Source of the DNA: Lama glama
Taxonomy: Eukaryota
DNA length: 64,000 bases
Assembly (NCBI GenBank): GCA_028534125.1
Contig: CM052816.1
Span: 70,682,001 to 70,746,000, forward strand
Reading direction: 5' to 3'
The stretch's first letter is position 1; the number at the start of each line of letters is the position of its first letter. A program made the translations under genes and the position numbers. The notes beneath the pieces are model-generated. The model worked only from the letters and a program-made list of their open reading frames with translations, made no database searches and was not told where the DNA came from. Positions 28,048-40,440 of this stretch are shown in pieces.

Positions 28048-28480
28048 TGTTTTAGATTGAATTGTCTTCCTCCAAATTCATATATTGAAACCCTAACTCT
28101 AGTACCTCAGAATGCAACTTTATTTGGAAATAGGGCTGTTGCAGATGTAATTAAGATGAGGTCATATCGGAGTAGAGTGGGCCCCTAATTTAAATGGCTG
28201 GTGTCCTTATAAAAAGGGTGAATTTGGACACAGAACTCACATAGAAAGAATGCCATGTGAGTGTGAAGACAGAGATTTGGGTGATGCATCTACAAAGGAA
28301 CCACCAGAAGCTGAGGGAGGGGTCTAAAACAGTCCTCCTCACTGTTCCTCAGAAGGAACCAGCCCTGCCAATACCTTGATCTCAGACTTCTAGCCTCCAG
28401 AATGGTGTGACAATAAATTTCTGTTGTTTAAGCCACCAGTTTGTGACAGTTTGTTATGGCAGCCCTAGCAAATTAATTTA
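28048..28480 (+). mobile_element. MaLR solo LTR (MLT1C-like)
   Basis: CCAAATTCATATATTGAAACCCTAAC...TTTGGAAATAGGG...CTCAGAAGGAACCAGCCCTGCCAATACCTTGATCTCAGACTTCTAGCCTCCAGAA...AATAAATTTCTGTTGTTTAAGCCACC...ATGGCAGCCCTAGCAAA. Confidence 0.92.
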
Positions 28481-31329
28481 TGGTCTTAAACGTAAAATCT
28501 GTTTTTCTGTTTAGACAGAAGACCCCTCTTCTTTTTAAAAATTACATTTTGAAGTTGACTGGTTGTGTCATATGTGACATAAACTTTCATACATTTTCAT
28601 AACCATCCAAATTGAATGATGAATACTGTTTTTCCATATTTTAAAATATCAACCAGAATGACATGTGTGGGACATAGAATTGCCCTCTCCATTCATAAGC
28701 CCCACCCCCTTCATACACAAAGTGCTTACCAAGCAAATTCAATTCACAGATATACCACCTTGAACTTATTTTATTCTTATTTCCCTTTTTGAGTAGTTTG
28801 ATCTGGACTTCACCCTCATTTTGATTCCTTAAATGGGAGAAAATTTGGCATGGCTCCCAGTTATATTTGGCCTTTTACAAGTTGTCTTCTTTAAAACTTC
28901 CTTCCTCTCTTCTCTCCCAACTCCCTCCAATTAATTCAGCAGTAGTTTATTAACTACCATTGCTGCAATCTCTGTAACTTTTTCTTCAGCAACTACCTCT
29001 AAGGGATCCATGTTAACCAGGCACTGTGCTAGGCACTGGAAATGTAGCAGTCCACAGGACACAACCAGTCCTTGTAAAGAACCCTTGGGCACTGTGTTGA
29101 GATTTACAAAAGAATTAGAGCATACCATTTTGTGGCCTAAGTTTGTGTACTGTCTTCTTTTCACTGTAAAATCGTTGTAGTGGCTTTTATGATGCACCAA
29201 CTCGGACATGATTATGTAGCTCCTGTACACATACCAAGGAGATCCTGACATCCTGGATACATAAAATTATGGAATCAAAGCTTCTTCCAGGCTAATATTC
29301 CAAATATCCCAGCAACCCAAAGGCCCTTCTCTTCTTACATTTTTTTAAAATCCATGTAACAAATGGACATAACTTAAAAAATCATATAAAGTTAAAGTTT
29401 CTTATTGAAAAACTGTTTCTTCTCCTACCTTGCTCTACCCCATGCTCCAGAGGCAACAACTTTAAACTCTTAGAGCTTTTTCCCCCTTTCTGCTTCCTCC
29501 ATATTTATAAATAACATTCCTATTATTTCTTGATATATTAATTTTAGGTATAATTTATTGAGCTCCTGTTGTCACAGTTAAAAAAGTTCATCCTTCCTGT
29601 CATCACCACACTGCAAGATCCCTCCTCATCAGCCTCCCATTATAGTTCTACTGCACATTTTGGTTAAACAGGCATGTCAACATTGTGATGGTTGTGTAAA
29701 TGATAACCATTGCTGTTCTAAGTTCCTTTCTTAGACAACTTTTGGCTTTTCCTGTAATTAATAATTGCCTGTTTGAAAGAGCACTCTGTTTAGTGTGTTG
29801 ACTTTGAATAACCCCTGTCTTTTCAGCCTGGTGTCTTTCCAAAGCCTTGCCTGCCCTGACCTCGGTGGCCCTACCCCGAGCCCCTCGAGGGTTCTGCAGA
29901 GTGAAACGACTCACTTGCGGGGGAGCTTCTCCCCTGCAGATACTTGGGTTGTCACATCCTCTGCTCCGTGCAGTCAGTAACCAGGCCTACATCTACTTAG
30001 TAGCATCAATACTATTATTTTCTACATTATAATTTTTAAAAGATTTGGGAAATAAACTGAACTTCTGCACATTCAGAAGTCCAAAATTCCTCTTTTAATA
30101 AGTCATTCATTTCTCTCTGGTGGACTCAAGACCAAGAGGCATCTCTCCCCAAGCTACCCCCAAGGCGGCTCATTTATTTTCATCTTAGGCATCTGATATA
30201 ATAATTTACAGTTTTCTTTCTTCAGCTTCTCTCTATCTCTCCCTCCCTTTCAACCTTTTCCACTTTACAAGTGGTTCTTAGACTGAAGGAAAAATGTAAA
30301 ATGATATAATCTGCTCAATGGGTGAAGATTCTTACATATATGAATTGCACTTACTGTAACAGAAAATTAGAGAGTCAGAAATCGACATGCTAATAACTTC
30401 CCTCACCTCAGTGCATCTATGACAAATGAAATCTCTTCTGACTTGATAAAGCAGAACAAATTATACCAGGGAGAGAAAAGGTTTTCAAAGTTCAGAATGC
30501 TGAGGGATTAGTAATTTGTTACCTCACTTCATTCTCGCTGATGGCCTGAATTTACATATAACTACATTTGACTAATTAAATAAGATGCCTACTTTAGTCC
30601 AGGTGCCATAAGACCAGTGAGATGGAGTCTAAATTGGGAATCTTCAGCAAAATTGAAATTTACTGGGTAGAAATAGTAGCCTTCTATAGTTGATATTCTC
30701 AGCCTGCTTTATTTGTAATTTTATTGGTTGCTTGGCATATATATCACATGCCAGGAGTTCTGGGAGTAAATTAGCTCCCAGATAGGTTAGTGCTAGGTAA
30801 AAATTTCATCATTAATGGATAAAGAAGTACCATCAGATGACCAGGATTCATGCTTAGAGTATTTTGAGACATGTTGGCTTTAGGAAGACAAAGATAGTTT
30901 CTTTCTTGTTGCTAGAATAGGGCTTGCCACATAATGTCCCAGAGATCCCCCAAAGTTCCCACTGTTGGCACTGCCTGATTTGGCCCAGGCAGGAGGCAGT
31001 CTTTAATGGTGGCCCTCTGGATCACCCTGATTCTGTTTTGTAGAAGATTAAGATTCCATCATCTAGAAGTTGCCATGTGTCATATACATGCAGGGAATGA
31101 AAAGATCCATGACATTCCTACAAGCATCCTATGTCATAAATACATCTTCTCTGAGGGGAGGAAGCACGTCCTTCATGTTAGGAAGCAGCATTGGGTGAGG
31201 CAGACATAGGATCTTATAAATTGAGTTTACCACACTATCTCCAATGTCTAGCACAGTGTAGACATTCAACAAATATTTGCTAGTTGGCAACATGTCTTTT
31301 CCATCATAAAACTTACAGTCCACCTGGCA

Positions 31330-31730
31330 AATAAACCATAGAACAAAAAATTAAAATGAAGTATGATTAAGTACAGAGGAAAGTGGAGATTCAGTGAAGA
31401 GCTCCCGAAGAAAGTGATGTCGGAGTGAGAACTGACGAATGAGTGGAACTTAGCCAGCCAGCAGTGGCTGTGTGGGTAATGCAGTATGAGAGGAGGGGAA
31501 CGTTGCAGCAGGGAATGTTCCAGCAAGAGGGAGCAGCATGAGCCAAGGCTTGGAGAAGAGACAGAATTTGGAAAGAAATTGACTATAACTGGACAGTGAG
31601 TGGATGGCTAAAAATAAAGGCAATAAGAGAGAGGCATAAAATTTGTGTTTCAGAGTTTGGCTTTTATTCTAAATGTCATGGGTAACTATGGAAAGGTTTT
31701 AAGCTAGGGAGTGACAAAACCTAGCTTGTC
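31330..31730 (-). mobile_element. L2 fragment
   Basis: GAAGAAAGTGATGTCGGAGTGAGAACTGACGAATGAGT; GTTCCAGCAAGAGGGAGCAGCATGAGCCAAGGCTTGGAG; GGAAAGGTTTTAAGCTAGGGAGTGAC. Confidence 0.75.
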
Positions 31731-32384
31731 AACTGGCATGATGTCCCCACAGGGGTTTGGATTCTTCAACTTCAGTGGGAAGGCTGAAGGGCAAACATCA
31801 TCTCTTTCCTTGACCATATTCCAGGGTATATTTTTGAACACTGGCAAACTGAAATTCATAACTCCTACCGAAATCAAAATAACTCCTTAGATCTGATCCT
31901 GCCTGGTCATAATTATTTTCCAGATTCCATGTAAAATTGACACCTGGTATTTATTAAGGTGGAGTCCATTTCTCAAGGCTCCTGGAAGCTAGGGCATATC
32001 AAAGAAGTTGTTCAAGCCCCGAGTGTTACTTCTTTCCAGCTGTCCCCAAAGACTTAAAGATAACATTCCCTAATCTCATAGGGTTTGAGAATTTTTTACA
32101 AAAAACCCACGTTGGTCTAGATTTAATACTCAAGTTAGGATATATAATTTCAGTCAGGCAGTATCCCAAGTTGATATTTATTCTTTTTCAAGATCATCAG
32201 AACTTTGTGGCAGGATACTTTGTTCCATGCACCAAGTTGATGAAGGTGGCCACTGGGGTCTACGCTGGTAAAATGGAACCTGGTGATTATTGCGAGAGTC
32301 TTTGCTGTAGCATCTCCCCTCTTTCCCATCAAGCACATGTTTATTAGTGCTGTTTAGAAGTGTGGAAAAGGCTTGGTAATCAGA

Positions 32385-32570
32385 TGGGTTTATATCTTGA
32401 TTTTATTATCTACTCAGTATAATATGTGGGGAATAATATCTATTTTCTCAGCTTCATTGTCCTCGCTTGTAAAATGGGTTAACAATATCCACTATCCAAG
32501 ATTGTCTTAAAGATGAAATGAGGTGATATGAATGAAGTGCCTTGCACAATGCCCAGCACATTTAATGCTC
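32385..32570 (+). mobile_element. MIR SINE
   Basis: Core CTCAGCTTCATTGTCCTCGCTTGTAAAATGGG...AAGATGAAATGAGGTGATATGAATGAAGTGCCTTGCACAATGCCCAGCACA. Confidence 0.8.
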
Positions 32571-32929
32571 ATGGCAGATGATGCTACATTCGTGAGAAAG
32601 ATGTCAACCTTTGGCATCTTGTCGTTAGAAAACCAAGTCTGGACTTTAAAATTAGCCAGCACTCCAGCCTAGAGGAAATATGCAAATCCGATGCACATGT
32701 GGCCTTCACCCTGGGGAAAATCCCAAAAGACAGCTGCTTCCTGTCATCAAGAAGAAAATGTCACAAGGAATGAGGAAGCAATAGTCTGTGTAAACGATAT
32801 GAGATACTTTTTTTTTTATTGAGGTATAGTTGCTGTGATATTTTAATCATACTGATTTGTAGCTTCCTCATCTGTAAAATTAATATTTTAGATTGAATGA
32901 CTTCCAAATAGTTTCAATTCCGTATTTCT

Positions 32930-33145
32930 TTTTTTTTTTAACATTTTTTATTGATTTATAATCATTTTACAATGTTGTATCAAATTCCAGTGTTCAGCAC
33001 AATTTTTCAGTCATTCATGGACATATACACACTCATTGTCACATTTTTTTCTCTGTGATTTATCATAACATTTTGTGTATATTTCCCTGTGCGATACAGT
33101 GTAATCTTGTTTATCTAGTCTACAATTTTGAAATCCCAGTCTATC
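32930..33145 (-). mobile_element. Young 5'-truncated camelid-type L1 with perfect 16-bp TSD
   Basis: TSD TCAATTCCGTATTTCT at 32914-32929 and 33146-33161; poly(T) then AACATTTTTTATTGATTTATAATCATTTTACAATG. Confidence 0.95.
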
Positions 33146-35559
33146 TCAATTCCGTATTTCTGAAGTGCCAGGGATATATTTTAATCACATTACAATTTTA
33201 CTAAGGGCTAACACCAGTAAACATCTATGTGCAGCTAAGAACCCAGTTGTATAGTCTTGTATGTATTTCTGTGGTACCCACAGAGCACATAAAAAGATCC
33301 ATAAAATTTAAGAATATTTATTTTGGGTTCTTCTGTTATCCAAAAATTTCAATCATGATCACCATAGGGATGTTAAGAAGTGCTTACTCCTAACTCTACC
33401 CAAATTTATGATGGCTTGACTTGACTTCTTTCTTCTGCAGTCTTGAGGACACCTGCCATACATTTTTGTGTGTATAAGTAATTCAAGTGATAGGTGTAAT
33501 TTGTGTGTGTGTGTGTGTGTGTGCTAAAGACAGACTTTGACTTGAAGAGTTGGCCCTGATTTGATGGAAAACATGAAAGGCTCTGCCTGTTCCAAATGTA
33601 CGTCCTACCAATCCAACATGGATTTTGCTTTTAATGCTCCACAGTGTATGTCTCTTAAAATATTATCAAACCCCGTAACTTCAACTACCACCTATCTATT
33701 AGTAACTACTCATGCAGTATTTCTAGCCCTCCAGAGAAAGCTCTAGTCAAAAACTTGTATATCAAATGAAACCAGTGTATTCAGCAGACTGCTAAAAGTC
33801 AGGGTGATTGATTCCTTCTCTTCATTTGTTCTGAGTGCAGTTGGCCTCCTTATTGTTATGAGGGATTTATTTCATTGGAAATGGCGCCTTCACTTCCAGT
33901 CACTTTGTGTTTCGGCAGATGGCCCGTAGAAAACCATGATGGTGTGTGAGGTAATGGGAGTTGGCATTAGTGTTTTTAGCATGAATTACAGGTCAGGCTA
34001 GATATTGTTAGGGAATGAAACAGTAATAAAATAAGCAGGATATGGACAAAGGAATGTATATAATTAGAAAAGTTGGAAAGTACCTGGATTATTATTGCTG
34101 GCTGATAATTTTGTCTAACACATAATAGTTTTAAAAAAACACCCTTATATCAAGCTCTTGGTTATGCTTGCTATATATTTTTGAGACTGAACCACATGTA
34201 CAAAAAGGTTTGCCTATTCTGATCAAATTGCCTGTAAAAAATTGGTTAAAAGACACCTCAAGGCAGTGAATAATTAATTTTACTGTCTTTCTTTTTTTTT
34301 TTTTTTACTAAATTGGTATTTCTTTTTACTAAAGAATAAATCAAAACAATTAAGCTTGTTTGTGTATGAAAAAAATTCTATTTATGTGTATAGCCTTCAT
34401 TTTTATGAAGCTGAACTCTAATTTCTCTCAAAGTTCAATGTCATTATTCCTCCCAAGTTTGCATATATTTCTTCTGGGACATTATTTCTTAGTGGATCTC
34501 TACTTCTGTTACCAGTAGCTTCAATGGCCAGAAATTTATCAGGGAAACACTGGGAAAGCTGCAGGGAAGAAAAAGACCAAAGTTCAGAACAGGAGCTATA
34601 AAGAAGAGAACAGCTACTGTGGAGCTGGGAAGAGAGCTTGAGAAAGTCTGGGAGGAGAATTTTCAAAGCAGGCAGTAGAGTTAGGCTGAGTTACAGATAA
34701 GGATGTTATGGGTAGTAATTAAGACTAAGATCTTCGACCAGCCAAACCAGAGTAATGGGGATAGATCAAATCAATGATCAGAAACAGGAGATTGTCGCTG
34801 AGTAAGAACAAGAGAATAAGTGAAAACCAGAGGTCAAAACGAGGTCACAGTAAGGAAAATTACCCGGAGAGCAGTAGCAGACATCTGTCCAAGAGATAGG
34901 AAAGCTTTAAAACCAAAGCATTGTCTACTCAGAAGGCCTATTTCTTGCTGAAGCAGGAAACAGATGATATAATTCACAGACCAAAAGCATCCCAAGGCCT
35001 TGAGGGTTAAGATCAGTGCCATCCTCAACAAGTCAGCATCCTAACAGATCCCAAGAGTAGGAGAGGGGGTAAGTGGTACAGAGGGTCCCTCTGAGACGCT
35101 CAAATTAAGTAGTCATGTGTTAAGGCATGTGTTGACTTTGTAATTATATTTTCCAAAGGAAAATTTGCCATGGGTGGTTTGACATTATGATATAGAGTCT
35201 GACAACAGGAGAGGCAGATTTAATATTAGGACTCTCAGAATATCCAGGCCAAATGGTTGTTGTAGTTACTTTGGACTAGAAAAACAGATGAGAAGAGTGA
35301 TTTTATGTAGCATAATATAGAATTAACTTACAGATATAAGCCTCAGTCTCCCACAAGAGGAATTCACGTGATTCATGGCTCCAACAACAACATAAAAAAA
35401 TGCTAACACATCTGTTAGACTAGGATCGAAATGCTTGGATAGGCCACCGTAGCCATTAAAAAAGAAGACTTTAAGTCTACTAATGCTTTATATTTTCTTT
35501 TATGGAAAATATTTTTCATTGATTTCTCAGTAGATCATAGAGTACTAAAAAATAGATGT

Positions 35560-35740
35560 AAAATACAGCAGGAGGAATATGGTCAGTAACACTCTAATAA
35601 CTTTGTATGAGGACAGATGGTTATTAGAATTACTGTGGTGATCATTTCCTAAGGTATTTAAATGTTGAATCACTATGTTGTACACCTGAAACTGACATAA
35701 TATTGTATGTCAACTGTACTTCATCAAAAACAACAAAACA
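35560..35740 (+). mobile_element. L1MA-type 3' end fragment
   Basis: GTGGTGATCATTTC...GAATCACTATGTTGTACACCTGAAACTGACATAATATTGTATGTCAACT followed by an A-rich tail. Confidence 0.85.
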
Positions 35741-36572
35741 CTATAAGATTCCACGATTGAAAAAAAACAGAATAATAATGAAGTCATTTTCAATCCCTAA
35801 AAAGGTAGGTTAGTCCGAGGCAAAATAATACACCTTAACTCTGCTGGAGGAGCAAAGTAGCTTATGAGGCCCCTTTTGGAAAGAGATATTCCAGTCCAAG
35901 CCCCTTTTAAGTCAGTGAAGCAAAGTGATTTTCTGGGGCATTTGATCTGCAGTCAGTTTATGTACTGCCAGTCTCACAAATATAAGTACATGGAGGCAAC
36001 CCAGTGTGCCTGAGGGGAGTTTTACTAGCCAAGTCGGGGGTCAAAGAGCAGTAAGAAAATCTGGAAAGGTGAGCATTATCAGAAATGAGACATAGGGCTG
36101 TCCAGCTTTTTTCCTTTGTGGTCTTAATTATTTGGAGATGACTTCTAAAGTCCTATTTGTAAAAATTTCCATTCAAAGTAGGTTAATAATTATATTTAAA
36201 ACCTGGTGACCTGGATGAGTAGCATATATTTCCCCTCTAAAACATACTTAAATATATACTTACATAGACTGCTTTTACAGAATCTTAAGAAATAATCTGA
36301 AAATGGCTTGGAAAGCACAGTGTTCCGTTGTATCTATGAGGGCAGTAGTCTGATGAACTTGGCAAAATTTCTGGCTTTAATAGAAATGCCTGCTCCTAAC
36401 TGTACAGGTTGCTGGAAAATGCCTTGAGTCCTACCCTCTGCCCAAATATGAGAGCAACTAGACTTGTGCTAGTCCCTTTTTTTGAGGTAGCCAACCAAGA
36501 TGTCTTACGTTCCCCAAGACAGCCTACATAGACGGCGTGTGAGCGGAGTGATTTCTATAGCAATTTCTAATG

Positions 36573-36875
36573 CAGTGCTTCTCAAGGTGAGAGTCAACAT
36601 GATTTGGAATCACCCTAGATGTTAGTTAAAAATGTGGATCCCTAGGGTGGGGCTGGGGGCGGGTATAGCTCACTGGTAGAGCATGTGTCTGGCATGCACG
36701 AGGTCCTGGGTTCATTCCCCAATGCTTGTGTTAAGGGATTTAAAATTTTAAAATGTGGATCCCTGGGCCTCATTCTCGGATAATGAGAGAGCATCCCTGG
36801 TAAGAAATCATGGGAATCAGAATTCCCAGCCAGCTCCCTGGGTGATTCTAGCACACTGTGCATCAGAGAGCTCTT
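36573..36875. mobile_element. MER5-like hAT-Charlie DNA transposon interrupted by a SINE
   Basis: CAGTGCTTCTCAAG...GGAATCACCCTAGATG...AAAATGTGGATCCCTGGGCCTCA...CAGCTCCCTGGGTGATTCT. Confidence 0.75.
36644..36749 (+). mobile_element. tRNA-Ala-derived SINE (Vic-1-like, camelid)
   Basis: A box TAGCTCACTGG (36666-36676), B box GGTTCATTCCC (36709-36719), GCATGCACGAGGTCCTGGGTTC core; perfect 15-bp TSD AAAATGTGGATCCCT (36629-36643 / 36750-36764). Confidence 0.9.
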
Positions 36876-37371
36876 GTTAGTGGCTCTTTTCCTCACTCTT
36901 TGGACGAATACAAAGGCCTCATATTGCTTACCTTTGCTGTGAGGATCTGGCGGAAAGGAGCAACCTTTTCCTGTGAATCCTTCTGGCAATCTGAGCCTGG
37001 AACAACTGCAGGCAACCAGCGAAGGCCTGCTTCCAGTGTAAGCTGAGATGCCCGCTCGGATGGAGTTTTGCAATTTCAAGTGGAGGACTATTTTGCTGTT
37101 TTGTTGTTTTAAGTCTTTATAGTTTTCCTCTTTATAGCTTTTCCCATCTGACTGTGAGTAAAGACTTAATGGGCTTTTTGTTTTTTGGGTTTTTTTTTAT
37201 TTCTGTGTTTTCTTTCCCCTATTATTCAGGACCTCTTTGTAATTTCCCTATTCATTTGTTCAACTGAAAAATAAGCATATTTAATTTTTTGCCTATGGTG
37301 ATTGTTTCTTATGTTTTAGTACCCTCTTTCCTCTCCCTGGCTTTCTTTGATACTTTCAAGACGTTTTTAAA

Positions 37372-37570
37372 CTTTAATTTTATGATTGAAGTATAGTTGC
37401 TTACAATGTTATGTTAGTTTCTGGTGTATAGTATAGTGATTCAGTTTTATACACACACACACACACACACACATATATTCCTTTTCCTATTCTTTTTCAT
37501 TATAGGCTATTATAAGATATTGATATTACAAGATTCCCTATGCTATACAGTAGGGACTTGTAGTTTATCC
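37372..37570 (-). mobile_element. L1 3' end fragment with internal (CA)n
   Basis: ATTGAAGTATAGTTGCTTACAATGTT...TTATAGGCTATTATAAGATATTGA...TTCCCTATGCTATACAGTAGG. Confidence 0.88.
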
Positions 37571-38754
37571 AGAGATTTTTTTTTTAATGTAAATAAATGC
37601 ACTGATCAGTACCCTTTCTCTCAGTGCAGTATCTTTTTAAAAATCTTCCTTCAGGATAATTGTGGCCTTTCTCCTTTACATCTGGTTTTCTGGCTACTGA
37701 TTAGGGAGCGACCCTGGCCTTGTTTCTGCTTCCTTTCAGACTGAAAGATAAGATAATGAGGAGGGACATCCTTGTCTCAGACGGACTCTGAGCTCTGGTT
37801 TCTGATTTTGCAAATGCTGGATTTTCTCACACTTTCCTTTCTGAAACAAGACCGCACAAAAGCAGCACTTCGTGGTTCCTGTGGCTCTCTCCAGGAAGGG
37901 AAAAGATCTCTTTTCTCTCCTAGCTTTCTCTTTCTCCTCTTACTCCTTTTTAGTTTTAAAATTCTTTTAATACTGATATACTCAAAAAGAAAATAATTTT
38001 ATTGTATTTCTCCAAAATTTTTGATGACATAAGGAGTTCAGAGAGAAGTAGGAGTAGAGATTAGAAAGGAATTCTGAGCTACTGGTTTTCAAAACACTTC
38101 GTAACACATGCCCATAAAAATAGTTAATAATTTTGCAATTTGAACTGTACTCACTACTACAAAAGGCATTTCCTTGAGGGAAATATAGCTTTAAATTCTA
38201 AAGATAATACATTTACTGTTATTGGGTTTAGACAACTACGTTATCTGTGATTAAAAGGGGTGAATATAGAACTAATAAAGTTAACAGAGTCATCAACTTA
38301 ATCGTATCCAATAGTTTCAAGTTTCTCTCTACCTTTTTTTGTTACAAGTATAGTTTATAAGCAGATCTGATTTGCATCTTTTCTCCCCTTCGATCTTTTA
38401 ATTACCTTGAAAAGTTCCAGAACATGGATGCTTAAGTCTAGATGGTGATAATACTGTTTTCAGAAAGAGGTATCTTGGAGAGTTCTGTGGTGTGCTGATA
38501 ATATCTATTTTCTAGGAAATAGATTTCAGGTTTGCTTCCCTATCACCTAGTGACAGGGGAGGACTACAAAGTTTGGTAGTTCCGGGTTAGATGATCCAAT
38601 CTTTGTTTTTCTCTCTCCTTTTTATTCAGTACCTTTTTGTAATAGTGATAAGTTTCCTACTTACTCGTTCAATTGAAGAGTAAATATATTTAATTTTTAA
38701 TATTTTGCCTACAATGTTTGTTGCTTTTAGTTTAATACCCTCCCCTGCCCCTGG

Positions 38755-38759
38755 ACACA

Positions 38760-38805
<46 letters not shown>

Positions 38806-38815
38806 TCACACACAC
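38755..38815. repeat. (CA)n microsatellite
   Basis: Interrupted CA run. Confidence 0.95.
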
Positions 38816-39239
38816 CCCCTTCAGGAATTTGGATTACTTTAAGATTCAGCTACTCATTTCTTTCATCCAATTCTGTCATTTTTTTGGACATCTTCAGCTA
38901 GTAATGGGCAAGTCAAATATTTTTAAAATGCAGCCAGTAAAGACGGAAAAAAAAAGCTTTACTTCTTTTTTCCCCACTTAGGATTTCCTAATGAATATAA
39001 CAGACAGTGGGAATACTTTAGGGGAATGCATGCTAAACACTATAATATCCCAGTCATATTATTTCTGTTCCTCTTTTATTAGGTAGGCATTGCCATGCCC
39101 TGGACTTCTCTTAGATTTTGCCCTTTCTGCAGGAAACTTCTTTGGTTTATTCTTTTAATCTTAATTCTACCTGACCTGACCTCAACCCATCTTAATGGAA
39201 ACGTTCTTTTAGAGAAGGAAAAAGGCAGGTTAGCTAGAG

Positions 39240-39386
39240 GCTGGTGGGAGTCTCGCTGAAGCCCCACTCGCACCGCTTGTTAAATCTTTGTCAAGAAGAT
39301 GTAGGAGTGGTCTTAGCACACACAGAACTGCCGCATGTTGTCACTTTGTTTTTTTCACAAATCCGCATAAACTGCCCTTGCCGTTG
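39240..39386 (+). other. Candidate non-coding first exon (5' boundary unknown)
   Basis: Non-repeat segment with 6 CpGs in ~130 bp ending at donor TTG|GTAAGT; second donor TTG|GTAAGA 11 nt downstream. Confidence 0.3.
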
Positions 39387-40294
39387 GTAAGTAATTGGTA
39401 AGACTTAATTAGACAAGACATTCTATACAATATTTCAGAAGTATTATCACAATAGTTAAACTGTATCAGGTTAACTCATGAAAGTGTATTCTGTTTGTTT
39501 CAGCGGTCTTTTAAAATTTTTTAATATTAAAAGCCTTCTGTAAATATCTCTATTTGAATAGTGGATACTGGATATTATAGGATCCCTGGAATGCTGAATA
39601 AATGCTAAACACGATGTTTTTATGAGCAAATACAGAAGTCACACAATGGAATAGCTTTTCTATACTTTAACCAACCCGAAGTTTATAGTTGGCATGCATT
39701 TTAAAAAGCTTTGCTCCTGCTTGAACACACAGAAGAGTTTCTTGTTTTAACAATTATTCCAAAAGTCTGCCTTATTTATATGAAATCCAGTCTTAACCTG
39801 TTTAGTTGCTACCTCATTAAGGAAGCATTTGGAATTATATAAGTGCTGATAAATTTCAAATTATGTAACTTAAGAAGAAACTACAACTGATTTGTACCTT
39901 GAACAGAAATGGGCTCTGTTCGCATTCATGGGCAGTTTACGAGAAGCAGGAAATACATTTATCTGCTTGCCTGGGTTTCATCATGTGTAAATGTAAGGTG
40001 AGTAACAGCTGTCACAGATAAACACGATTAGCACTAAAAGATTAGCACCAGGTATCAAAGCACACATGCTACACAGTCACTACCAGGAGAGTCAGTGAAA
40101 CTGTAAATTAACCTATAGGCTTAAAGCACAATGAAATTTCCATTTTGGGGTCAGAAGCAGTGGAGTATTGGCAATTTCATGTGATTCAACCTTAGCTCTT
40201 TCAGAACCAAAAGGGACATTGGATATAATTTAATCCAAGTTTTATTAACCTCGAGTTAATATGGGTTGACCTCAAAGAGACCAGTGGCCCTAAT

Positions 40295-40440
40295 CCATTT
40301 ATTCATTCAGTTGATAGTTTTTGGAAACTTACGATGTGCCAAGTTCTATTAGTGTAACTGGGGATATAGATGTGAAAAAGACCAAGTCCCTTGCCCTCAT
40401 GGATATTACATTTCTGTGGAAAGGCTTGGCAGTTAATATA
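40295..40440 (-). mobile_element. L2 3' fragment
   Basis: CATTTATTCATTCAG tail; TACGATGTGCCAAGTTCT; AAAAGACCAAGTCCCTTGCCCTCATGGA. Confidence 0.75.

Noticed and set aside
36655..36725. tRNA-Ala-like sequence as a functional tRNA gene
   Set aside because: Flanked by a 15-bp TSD with an AT-rich tail and degenerate stems and anticodon region; it is a SINE.
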